A stretch of DNA of 64,000 nucleotides from Christensenella sp. UBA1685 (GTDB lineage: Bacteria > Bacillota > Clostridia > Christensenellales > CAG-138). This document shows positions 30,327 to 38,563 of this stretch, piece after piece. The stretch spans positions 36,508 to 100,507 of the forward strand of contig DCKB01000021.1 in the NCBI GenBank assembly GCA_002320595.1. Direction: 5' to 3'. Under the pieces are notes generated by a model that saw nothing but the letters and a program-made list of their open reading frames with translations, did not search any database and was not told where the DNA came from. A program made the translations under genes and the position numbers. The first letter of the stretch is position 1. Every line of letters starts with the position of its first letter.

Positions 30327-32065
30327 GCTTTCTCCTTCGGTTTCATCAGCTTTGAAAGCGCGTTGTTGAAGCGCAGCGCCGAAACGCCATATTGTGCGCA
30401 AACATCCGCACGCGCCGTTTTTTCGCCGCATTCCCGGCAGGCAAGGTACTCGAGCGCCGCTGCCATAGCCATGGTCTGATGCCGGTTCAGGCGCGGATAT
30501 TGCCCGGAAAGCGGCGTTACATACTCCGCCCAGAGCGTTACGGCGGCAATCAGCACATTTTCCGGTCGCCTGCCGTACATTTCGCCGATGCAGGTCGTTA
30601 TCACCTCGCCATACGCTTTGGGCAGGTTGGCGGGGAACCCCTTTGCAAAGCTGATGCTGCTTTCCACAAGCTTGCCGCCGATGTAGCCGACAAACGGGCC
30701 TTCCGCCCCCATCTGCGCAAGCATGGCGAACGCCTCCTGCTTGAGACGGTCCGGCTGATCCATGCGCAGCGCAAACTCGCGCAGCATCGCCTCCGCCTGC
30801 GCATCGGCAAAGGATGCAACAAGCGAAAGCAGCGCATGCTTGATGCCTTCCTCCTGCATGCTGAATCCCCATTCAATCAGGTTCTTCAGCTCGTCATCCT
30901 CGCGCCAGCGCGCATCGAGTTCCTCCTGTGGCAGACTCAGGATCGCGTTCAGCCGGTTCACGCGCGCAAGCATTTCATCCACCGGCACTTGATAGTTGAA
31001 CAGGAACTTCCGCTTTCGCCCATGGGGCGCGCCGCCCGTCTGCGCTGCGCGGCAAAGCCCGCGGTAATACCGCGCCACCGTATCCCCCGCATTGATTTTA
31101 AGAAGCTTATCATAGCATTCCGTCGCTTCCCGGTAACGCCCCGTTTCATAAGCGCATACGCCCAAGCGGTGCACCGCTCCCGTTTCATATGGATAATAGC
31201 GCACAAGGCGCTGCATCACTTCATATGCCTGCTCGAAGCGGTCAAGGTCCATCAGCACAAGCGCCATGCGATTGAGCTCCTCCGGGTCCTCCGTTTCCTC
31301 CTGCAAAAGCGCATCCGCCATACGGTTTGCCCCTTCATCATCATGCGCCGTATGCAGAATCATGGAAAGATTGCACATCGCCTGCACGTTCTTCGGATCC
31401 TCCCGCAGCACGGCGCGTGCCTCCGCCGCTGCACGCTTGTTGTCCCGCATGCAAAAATAAGCAAGGGAAAGGTTGTTGCGTGCATATGCAAGCTTCGGCG
31501 CAAGCGTGAGCGCATGCTGAAGGGCCTCGACGGCCTCCTCATAGCGATCCTGTTCCAAAAGGCCGCGCCCTTCATCCGCAAGGTCGTAGGCCCTGTCCTC
31601 CCTCGAAAGCGCAACAAGCCCGTCGCCATGCTCCTCAAACTCTGCATCGTCCAACGCGTCAAGCATATCGTATGCATCGTACAGGAACGCGCCATCCGGT
31701 TCAAGTTCCAGGTATCGTTCAAAGGAATCCCTGGCATGCCCGTAATCATACAGGCCCACGAAATTACAGCCCATGCCGAAGTAGCATTCTGGATCCGCCT
31801 CCGCATCCGCGCCGCCGCGCGTGAGCGCGAACAGAACGCGGTTGGATTCCTCAAAGCGGTTCATCTCCGTAAGAACCTGCGCCATGGCGATGCGGATCTC
31901 CCTGTTTTCCGGATCGCATTTGAGCGCCCTGCCGTAATATGCCATGGCATCCGGCAGGTTGTTTTTGTCGAGCTTTTCCAGCCCGCGTTTATAGAAGAAA
32001 TCGCCCGATTGGGCAAAGGGCAGCACCTTGCCGCGCCCGGCAAGCGCCCGGATGTCCCGTTTCAC
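30323..32065 (-). CDS. TPR-repeat protein, function unknown
   Basis: 580 aa. The GTG start overlaps the hslO stop (GTGA). Multiple TPR-like repeats (AMAYYGRALKCDPEN..., AVEALQHALTLAPK...). Confidence 0.75.
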   Translation of the reverse strand: MKRDIRALAGRGKVLPFAQSGDFFYKRGLEKLDKNNLPDAMAYYGRALKCDPENREIRIAMAQVLTEMNRFEESNRVLFALTRGGADAEADPECYFGMGCNFVGLYDYGHARDSFERYLELEPDGAFLYDAYDMLDALDDAEFEEHGDGLVALSREDRAYDLADEGRGLLEQDRYEEAVEALQHALTLAPKLAYARNNLSLAYFCMRDNKRAAAEARAVLREDPKNVQAMCNLSMILHTAHDDEGANRMADALLQEETEDPEELNRMALVLMDLDRFEQAYEVMQRLVRYYPYETGAVHRLGVCAYETGRYREATECYDKLLKINAGDTVARYYRGLCRAAQTGGAPHGRKRKFLFNYQVPVDEMLARVNRLNAILSLPQEELDARWREDDELKNLIEWGFSMQEEGIKHALLSLVASFADAQAEAMLREFALRMDQPDRLKQEAFAMLAQMGAEGPFVGYIGGKLVESSISFAKGFPANLPKAYGEVITTCIGEMYGRRPENVLIAAVTLWAEYVTPLSGQYPRLNRHQTMAMAAALEYLACRECGEKTARADVCAQYGVSALRFNNALSKLMKPKEKA

Positions 32066-32961
32066 GCGTTGTCATTTCCTTTCGCTTCCGCGAGCAAGCG
32101 CCGCAGGTCATCTTCATGAAACTGATATTTTTTGTTGCAGAAGTGGCACGTAAGCTCCGCGCCATGCTCTTGTGCGATCATGTCTGAAAGCTCCGCCTCG
32201 CCCAGTGAAATCAGCACGCGCTCCAGCCGTTCCCGGCTGCAATCGCACTGGAACTCCGGGTGTTGGTTGGCCGTGATGGCAAAGCCCATCCCGCCGAAAA
32301 GCTGCATCAGCGCATCCTTTAAGGGCGTGCCGCACTCCAGCGTGGAGGTGAGCGTTTCGATTTCCTTTGCCTTTTCCGTCAGCGCGTCAATCACCTCGTC
32401 CGGGCAGCCGGGCAGGGGCTGCGCAAGCAAACCGCTTGCCGCGCGCACGGCGCCGCTTTCCACATCCACACGCACGCCGAGGTACACAAGCGACGGCTGC
32501 TGTTCGGATACGGTGAAATACCGCGCGAAATCCTCCGCGATCTCGCCGGACTGAATCGGGCAGGTGCCAACATAGGGTTCCTTGAGCCCCATATCGCGGA
32601 TAACGGTGAGATCTCCAAACCAGCCCACCGCAAGCGCCACATCCAGCTTGCCGTTCGGCGCCGGCGGAAGCTCCAGGCCCGGATTTTCCACATAGCCCTT
32701 CACGCGCCCCGTCCAATCCGCCGTGCAGACGATGTTTCCCGCCTCGCCGCCGCCCTTGAGCATTGCGGTGACGCGCTCATCCGCATTTTTCAGCTGCGCG
32801 CCCATCATGGAGGTCATCATCAGCGTCCGTCCGAGAGCCGCCGTGCATACGCGCGAAAGCCCATGCGTTTCACGTGCCTGCTCCACCAGCGCTTTGCCCG
32901 AAATTGCCATGATCTTTACCGTAGAATCCGCAAGTAGCCCGCGGATGATTATATCTTCCAT
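32062..32961 (-). CDS. hslO: Hsp33-family redox-regulated chaperone
   Basis: 299 aa. C-terminal zinc centre CDCSRE...CHFCNKKYQF (CxC...CxxC) is diagnostic of Hsp33. Confidence 0.9.
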   Translation of the reverse strand: MEDIIIRGLLADSTVKIMAISGKALVEQARETHGLSRVCTAALGRTLMMTSMMGAQLKNADERVTAMLKGGGEAGNIVCTADWTGRVKGYVENPGLELPPAPNGKLDVALAVGWFGDLTVIRDMGLKEPYVGTCPIQSGEIAEDFARYFTVSEQQPSLVYLGVRVDVESGAVRAASGLLAQPLPGCPDEVIDALTEKAKEIETLTSTLECGTPLKDALMQLFGGMGFAITANQHPEFQCDCSRERLERVLISLGEAELSDMIAQEHGAELTCHFCNKKYQFHEDDLRRLLAEAKGNDNA

Positions 32962-32964
32962 ATC

Positions 32965-33708
32965 TTATCTTCCTTTCTCTGCAACAAATTGCAGCCGTTC
33001 GCTCGTCTCCTTCGGCGGTTCCCGCGTGAACGCTTCATACGCTTCAACGTGCACAAAACCCGCGCTCCCAAGCGCCGCGCGAATCTCCCGTTCGGAGTGC
33101 GCGCGCTGAATGTGGGTTTCCGTGAAGCGCGCATAGTGCGGCCCTTCTCCCTCGCGGGCGAAGAACGTGAGGTCCATGCGGATGAGCTTGGTTTCCGGAT
33201 CATAGGCATTCTGCCAGATATAAGCGGAATCCGCTTCATCCAGCGCGAATGTGTTGTCCCCCAGAACCGTGGAGAGCTTAAAGCGGGAGGAAACATCGAA
33301 CAGCAAAAGCCCGCCCGGCTTGAGGCATGCATATGCGGCAGCCGCAAATTCCGAAAGCGCCGCGCGCGAAGCGAGATAGTTCACGCCGTCGCAGGCTGAA
33401 ACAACCGCATCCACGCTGTGGTGCAGGCTGAGCTTGCGCATATCCTGCCGGATAAACGGAATTGCAAGCCGTGCCCTGCGTGCCTTTTCGGCTGCCACGG
33501 AAAGCATTTCCTCGGAAATATCCTGGCCGGTAACGGCATATCCCGCACGCGCGAGCCGAAGCGTCAGCTCGCCCGTGCCGCAGGCGCAGTCCACAACCGT
33601 GCGCCTCCCTTCCCCCAAAAGCGAAAGGAGATACTCCGCCCAGGTTTCGCGATTCACGTCGCGCATAAGCCGGTCATACAGCGCAGCAAATTTACCGTAG
33701 CTCTGCAT
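32965..33708 (-). CDS. class I SAM-dependent methyltransferase
   Basis: The real start MQSYGKFAALYDRLM at 33708 follows GGGGGAAG. SAM motif I VVDCACGTGELT. The 393-aa track ORF (to 34146) extends antisense into the LCP gene. Confidence 0.8.
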   Translation of the reverse strand: MQSYGKFAALYDRLMRDVNRETWAEYLLSLLGEGRRTVVDCACGTGELTLRLARAGYAVTGQDISEEMLSVAAEKARRARLAIPFIRQDMRKLSLHHSVDAVVSACDGVNYLASRAALSEFAAAAYACLKPGGLLLFDVSSRFKLSTVLGDNTFALDEADSAYIWQNAYDPETKLIRMDLTFFAREGEGPHYARFTETHIQRAHSEREIRAALGSAGFVHVEAYEAFTREPPKETSERLQFVAEKGR

Positions 33709-33853
33709 ACTTCCCCCACTATATCGCATAATCCATAGCATTGGATTGTAAACAATTGTACAACAATCAAGGCGGGAAGGCAAGGGCGCTTGAACTCCCC
33801 CGGCCGTTGTGCTAGAATCTGCGTATAAATTTGTAGAATTGCGGGGAATCAAT

Positions 33854-35176
33854 ATGGCCCGAACCAATAAGACAGCCGGCGAAGAAACGCAAACCGCAAA
33901 GAAGAAGCTCCCGCTTCTTCTCAGGATTCTGCTCGCCCTGCTCGCGCTTGCATTCGTGCTCGGCGCGGTTGTGGCGTGCCTGGGGCTTGACCTGCTCGGC
34001 CGCATCTCGCGCCCGGCAGAGGACGGCTTTGCTGCCGCTGGAACGCCTGAACCGGAAGAGGAATATGCCCCCGACCAAACGCCGACGCCGACGCGCACAC
34101 CGGAGCTCACGCCCACGCCGCATCCTTCCGCCACGCCGCGCCCCACGCTACCCGTTTCGGAATATTACGAACAGACCTATCTCACCGATGCGCAGCTTGC
34201 AAAGATGGCCGAAAACAACGCGAGCGATGAGTTCATCAACGTGCTCCTCATCGGCGCGGATCGCCGTTCCAAAAAGGGGAGCTATAACTCCGACACGATG
34301 ATGATTGCCACCATCGACAAGCGCCACGGCACCCTTAAGCTTACAACGCTCATGCGCGATATGCTTGTGAACATCCCCGGCCACGGCTACGGCAAACTGA
34401 ATTCGGCCGCCGCACGCGGGGGAATTGAGCTGCTGTTCCAAACCATTGAGGAAAATTTCCATATTGTGCTCACACAATATGTGCTTGTTGATTTCTATAT
34501 GTTCGTTGACGTCATCGACGCGCTTGGCGGCATCACCGTCCAAATGACCGCCGAAGAGATCAGCGCCGCGAACGACTGCATCGCAGGCCTCAACAAGCAG
34601 CTTGGTGTGGAATACCTTTGGGATGGTTTCATCTTTGCGGACCCCGGCCCGGTGAAGCTCACGGGCAAGCAGGCGCTCGGCTATTCGCGCATCCGCAAAA
34701 TCGACAGCGAATTTGCCCGGACCGAGCGGCAGTATACCGTGCTCAACACCGTCCTTTCGATCTTCCGCAGCAAGAGCCTTTCCAAGCAGTATGACATCCT
34801 GTACGATTTGCTCCCCATGGTAGAAACAAACATGACCAATGCTGAGATTGTTGACGCGGCTGTAAGCGCCCTCACAAGCAGCAAAGGCGGGCTCATCTAT
34901 TTCCGTCTACCGGTGGAAGGTTACTTCCAGAACGGAAAATGGAACAAGAAATTCGTGTTTTTTGCCGATCTGCCCGGCATGGCCCAGGAGCTGCACGAGT
35001 TCATTTTTGACGATGATGAAACCGTTTCTGCAGCAAAGCTCCTTGACCCGAACCCCTCCTTGCCGCCGCGCACGCCTTCGCCCACCGGCGCAGACGGCGG
35101 TTTCTATCCTGAAGCCACGGTATATAACCCCGATGGAATCGGCGGAAGCGGCATCAGCATCGGCGGCGGGGATTGA
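33854..35176 (+). CDS. LCP-family (LytR-CpsA-Psr) cell-envelope glycopolymer transferase
   Basis: The start MARTNKT at 33854 is followed by a TM helix and a Pro/Thr linker. LCP core INVLLIGADRRSKKGSYNSDTMMIATID...KLNSA. Confidence 0.85.
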   Translation: MARTNKTAGEETQTAKKKLPLLLRILLALLALAFVLGAVVACLGLDLLGRISRPAEDGFAAAGTPEPEEEYAPDQTPTPTRTPELTPTPHPSATPRPTLPVSEYYEQTYLTDAQLAKMAENNASDEFINVLLIGADRRSKKGSYNSDTMMIATIDKRHGTLKLTTLMRDMLVNIPGHGYGKLNSAAARGGIELLFQTIEENFHIVLTQYVLVDFYMFVDVIDALGGITVQMTAEEISAANDCIAGLNKQLGVEYLWDGFIFADPGPVKLTGKQALGYSRIRKIDSEFARTERQYTVLNTVLSIFRSKSLSKQYDILYDLLPMVETNMTNAEIVDAAVSALTSSKGGLIYFRLPVEGYFQNGKWNKKFVFFADLPGMAQELHEFIFDDDETVSAAKLLDPNPSLPPRTPSPTGADGGFYPEATVYNPDGIGGSGISIGGGD

Positions 35177-35194
35177 TTACATTCATTATCATAA

Positions 35195-35382
35195 GCCTGA
35201 GGCTGTCGAAAAAGTGGCAAAGGCCACTTTTTCGAGGCGTTCACATCGCGCTTGCGCCAATGGCGCGGCCAGCGCTCTGTGCAAAGAAAGCCTTGCGCCG
35301 CAAGGCTTTTCGCGCGCGCCGCGCCTGTCGCCGGGCACGATTGAAAGTCAAGGGCTGCGGCCCTTGACAATCCCGGAGAGTC
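35195..35382 (+). repeat. 188-bp multi-hairpin intergenic element, copy A (inverted copy at 57661-57847)
   Basis: About 85% identical to the reverse complement of 57661-57847 by hand alignment. Hairpins: GAAAAAGTGGC/GCCACTTTTTC, TTGCGCC/GGCGCGG, AAAGCCTTG/CAAGGCTTT, GTCAAGGGC/GCCCTTGAC. It starts 19 nt after the LCP stop codon, in the same orientation. Confidence 0.8.
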
Positions 35383-35394
35383 TTTCTCGACGGG

Positions 35395-35425
35395 CTGAGG
35401 CGGCGGGAACTCCCCGCCGCCTCAG
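35395..35425 (-). terminator. GC-rich hairpin 3' of the small Cys-rich ORF
   Basis: 13-bp stem CTGAGGCGGCGGG / CCCGCCGCCTCAG. No U tract. Confidence 0.45.
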
Positions 35426-35468
35426 GGAGCCGACAGCTTGGCTGGATTCGACGTTCCGTAAAGTAGCC

Positions 35469-35627
35469 TCATTTCTTTCCCCGCTTCTCTTTTTTTGCAT
35501 TGATGCGCTCACATGCCGCTGCATATTTGCTGCCGGGCGCGCGGTGGTGTGCAAGGCACGCATCACAGTTTCCGTGTCTCGCGCACTTAAGCCGTTTGCA
35601 AGGGCAGTCATTTCGCTCTTGTTTCAT
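35469..35627 (-). CDS. small Cys/His-rich protein, 52 aa (DUF6485-like pattern); not in the ORF track
   Basis: AGGAGA RBS followed by ATG at 35627. Product MKQERNDCPCKRLKCARHGNCDACLAHHRAPGSKYAAACERINAKKEKRGKK, with a CxC-x4-C-x5-C-x2-C-x2-HH metal-binding-like pattern. Confidence 0.45.
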   Translation of the reverse strand: MKQERNDCPCKRLKCARHGNCDACLAHHRAPGSKYAAACERINAKKEKRGKK

Positions 35628-35710
35628 TGTTTATATTTCTCCTGCTTTTGTTTACCCGCATACCGCTGTTTCCCGCGCGCCAATTTGATGTAAGCCGCAT
35701 ATTGTGAGAT

Positions 35711-36346
35711 ATGCAATTATATGTATACGATTCCCTGCTCGGCGGGTTTTCCCGTTTTTCCCTGCACCGCGCCGCACCGCTGCCCTATACGGATGGCGCT
35801 CCCGTGCTTTTGCATGATTTTTTAGGCAGCACGACCACCGAAACGGTTTGGACGGACCGGGAACTGCTTTCCGCCTTCGGCGCACTTGCCGCACAGTTCG
35901 GTGCTCCCATCAGCGTTTGCGGGGGCTTCCGCCGCGTCCTGCCCGGCCGCAGCCTCTGTGCTTCGCCGCGCTGCGCGGGGCTTATGCTGGATATCGGCGC
36001 GGGCCTTTGCGCACCGGAGCGGGAGCGTCTTCGCCGCCTTGCGGTGCAAAGCGGCCTGTTTGAAACCGTGCTGCCGGAATATGTCGCACCCACTTGGGTC
36101 GGCCTGCAAAAGCGCGTAGCCCCCGTCTGTGCGCCGGGTTGCCCTTTTCCGGAGCTCCGCCCCGGCAACAGCAACAGCTGCGTATTCGCATTGCAGGATG
36201 CGCTTGCCGTGCATGGCTTCCCGCCGGACTGCGGCCTCACAGGCCGGTTCTGCGCCGCCACGGAACGCGCCCTCTGCGCCTTCTGTCGCGCGCGGGGAAC
36301 GCCGTATGCAGGGATTGTAGACGCAGGGATCTGGCGCGCGCTCTAG
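35711..36346 (+). CDS. hypothetical protein with a C-terminal peptidoglycan-binding (PG_binding_1-like) domain
   Basis: 211 aa. The C-terminus VFALQDALAVHGFPPDCGLTGRFCAATERALCAFCRARGTPYAGIVDAGIWRAL fits the PG_binding_1 pattern. Weak RBS. Confidence 0.55.
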   Translation: MQLYVYDSLLGGFSRFSLHRAAPLPYTDGAPVLLHDFLGSTTTETVWTDRELLSAFGALAAQFGAPISVCGGFRRVLPGRSLCASPRCAGLMLDIGAGLCAPERERLRRLAVQSGLFETVLPEYVAPTWVGLQKRVAPVCAPGCPFPELRPGNSNSCVFALQDALAVHGFPPDCGLTGRFCAATERALCAFCRARGTPYAGIVDAGIWRAL

Positions 36347-36352
36347 CGTCGT

Positions 36353-36892
36353 TCATTCATAAAGAAATTCAGGCTCCGGCAGCGCCTGCCATTCCGGCGC
36401 GGCCGTGATCAGCCGGATGAGCGTATGGCAGGCCGTCATGAATGCCTGGCCTTTTTTATCTTTGGAAGTATAGTTATTTTCCGCATCATAGCACTGCGCA
36501 ATGTCCTCACAGCGGATCTCCTGTTCCGTACCATTCTGCATGACAGTCAGCACGAGCGTCATGCTGGGTGTGGACATCACCCCGGGGTTCGGATCATACT
36601 CCGCCGGGTAATCCGCAAGGTCAAGCGCGGAGATGGCCTCCCAGGCTGCCTGCCGTGCCGCATCATCGAAGATGAGCTCAGTTACATAATCCTCCGGGTG
36701 TGTGGCATGCGATGTTTTGACGAGCTCACCGGTTTCGCTGTTGTACGAGCTTACGCCATAGGTGTTCCACACGAGCGAAAACTGAAAGTCCTCCGGCATT
36801 TCAGCGGGCGCGGCCTCTTCCGGGCCGGCGCAGGCAGCGGCAAGCACAGCAATGGTAAGCACAGCCGCCAAAGTGGTAAAAGCACGTTTCAT
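36353..36892 (-). CDS. lipoprotein, function unknown
   Basis: The start MKRAFTTLAAVLTIAVLAAAC (signal peptide plus lipobox) is at 36892. The track ORF start at 36937 adds 15 aa with no RBS. Confidence 0.6.
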   Translation of the reverse strand: MKRAFTTLAAVLTIAVLAAACAGPEEAAPAEMPEDFQFSLVWNTYGVSSYNSETGELVKTSHATHPEDYVTELIFDDAARQAAWEAISALDLADYPAEYDPNPGVMSTPSMTLVLTVMQNGTEQEIRCEDIAQCYDAENNYTSKDKKGQAFMTACHTLIRLITAAPEWQALPEPEFLYE

Positions 36893-36960
36893 ATGTTCTC
36901 TTTCCTTTCGGCGTTTGTTCTTAATAACGCATGGCACATGCCTTTTGTTCCCTGAGCAGC

Positions 36961-37406
36961 CTATTTCCGGTAGACCACCTCGAACTCCTCAAACACGATG
37001 GGCATGTCCTCCGCAAATTCGTAGCCAAGCTCCGCGCCTTCTTCCGTGAAAAAGCGGCGGTGCCCCCGCTGCCAGGATTCTAAAGTTTCATCCTCGCCCT
37101 CCCTGCTGCAAATTCCATATGTCATTTCGCAGAAAGGAAGGACCGTTACAGCCGTGGTGCGGATGATGCAGCATGGCGTGCCGGCCCAATCCGTAACGAT
37201 GCTGTAATCGCCCACTTCAGGAAGGCGCGCCCCTTCCGCTTCAAAGGCGAGAAGACTGCTTGCCGTAGCGCGTTTTTTCCCGGAAAGGACAAGTGCAAGC
37301 AGCTCGTTTGTAAGCAGCTCGCTCAGTTCAAAATGAAAGCATTACGTGTTTCCGGCGGCAGGCCGGAAGCTTGCAGAAACTCCTGCCAGAATTGATCGGG
37401 CGCCAT
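36961..37406 (-). pseudogene. ASCH-domain protein gene interrupted by a 1-nt frameshift
   Basis: GGAGGAG RBS and ATG at 37406 give MAPDQFWQEFLQASGLPPETRNA, then a stop at 37323. The -1 frame continues FHFELSELLTNELLALVLSGKKRATAS...VGDYSIV...EEFEVVYRK to 36961. The total of 446 nt is not divisible by 3. The shift lies in GCTTTC around 37335-37340. Confidence 0.6.
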
Positions 37407-37555
37407 AGGCATTCTCCTCCCTGTTGATGCAAAGGTTTTATCGTAAGCCGGTCTTAAGCCAATACTTCGCTCAGGCTTGGGTGTCATTCCCCGTTTCCTT
37501 TGAACACATGCAGGCGGATGTCTCCACCCGCCTGCGCAGTGCAACCTCTTCTTTT

Positions 37556-38563
37556 TTAGCGTTCTTCGCGGAAATAATTCGTGCCGCAGGACTTCGGCTG
37601 CGCATGCTCGCGGGATTGCCGGATGCTCGTGATGATCAGGACGAGGATCGTCGCCGCATACGGCAGCATGCCGTAGATCTGCATCGCAAGGCCCGGGATG
37701 CTCACATACAGGCGCATGATGGTGAACGCGCCGAAGATCAGGCCGCAGATCAGGCCGCGTACCGGACTCCAGGTGGAGAAGATCACGAGCGCCACAGCCA
37801 GCCAGCCATAGCCAGCCACGCAGTTGTGCACCCACACGCCGGATTGGTTCACCATGCTCATGTACATGCCGCCGATGCCGCAGATGCCGCCGCCGATGAC
37901 CGTTGCCAGGTACTTATAGCGCGTTACGTTGATGCCAGCCGCATCCGCAGTGGCCGGGCTTTCTCCCACAGCGCGAAGGTTCAGGCCGACGCGCGAACGT
38001 TTGAAGAACCATGCCATCAGAAGCGCGATCACGATGGCGAAATATACCATCCAGTTATATTGGAAGAAGAGCTTGGAAATGGTCTGCAGCACCGGAGAGG
38101 CGCTGTTCTTCAGGCCAAAAAGGTCAAGCTGCGCAAAGGCGGCCTTGGTTGCTTTTGAAACCGTCACAAAGCCGCCGGCGCTTTTGCCCAGGAGCTCGCC
38201 GCAAAAGTTTGCAAGGCCCGTGCCGAAGATGGTCAGCGTAAGGCCGGTCACGTTCTGGTTTGCGCGCAGCGTAACGGTAAGGAAACTGTAAATCAGTGCG
38301 CCAAACGCGCCTGCGCCAAACGCTGCAAGCAGTGCGATCAGCATGGACAGGAAGCCCGAAGCTGCAAAGCCCGCCCCCTTCGCCATCTGCTCATACGCCC
38401 AGGACGCTGCAATGCTTGCGATTGCGCCCATGAACATCATGCCTTCTACGCCAAGGTTCAGGTGGCCGGATTTTTCGGTCAGGATCTCGCCCAATGTGCC
38501 TAAAAGCAGCGGAGTGCCCGCCAGCACGGCGGCTACAAACAGGCTGATAAAATCGATATTCAC
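37556..38563 (-). CDS. BMP-system (nucleoside/simple-sugar type) ABC permease
   Basis: 335 aa. The GTG start overlaps the upstream stop (GTGA). LGEILTEKSGHLNLGVEGMM is typical of BPD_transp_2 permeases. Confidence 0.9.
   Translation of the reverse strand: MNIDFISLFVAAVLAGTPLLLGTLGEILTEKSGHLNLGVEGMMFMGAIASIAASWAYEQMAKGAGFAASGFLSMLIALLAAFGAGAFGALIYSFLTVTLRANQNVTGLTLTIFGTGLANFCGELLGKSAGGFVTVSKATKAAFAQLDLFGLKNSASPVLQTISKLFFQYNWMVYFAIVIALLMAWFFKRSRVGLNLRAVGESPATADAAGINVTRYKYLATVIGGGICGIGGMYMSMVNQSGVWVHNCVAGYGWLAVALVIFSTWSPVRGLICGLIFGAFTIMRLYVSIPGLAMQIYGMLPYAATILVLIITSIRQSREHAQPKSCGTNYFREER

Noticed and set aside
29226-30872. A 548-aa form of the THUMP methyltransferase ORF, and likewise the 393-aa form of the 32965-34146 methyltransferase ORF.
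   Set aside because: The N-terminal extensions are Gly/Ala/Arg-rich junk that overlap the upstream TPR gene or run antisense into the LCP gene. Internal ATGs with RBSs and ATGA coupling (30326) or GGGGGAAG (33708) give proteins that start at the conserved family N-termini.
30392-32119. A 575-aa + strand ORF.
   Set aside because: It is antisense to the TPR-protein gene. The product is Arg/His/Lys/Leu-rich with no recognisable motif or RBS. It is a shadow ORF.
35104-35370. An apparently conserved peptide MSRAAALD(F/L)QS...KSLAAQGFLCTERWPRH encoded at 35104-35370 (minus) and 57673-57933 (plus).
   Set aside because: It is a by-product of the 188-bp nucleotide repeat. It has a TTG start with no RBS. 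Differences between copies are radical and fall in hairpin loops, while stem changes are compensatory at the nucleotide level. The ORF in copy A also runs antisense into the LCP gene.
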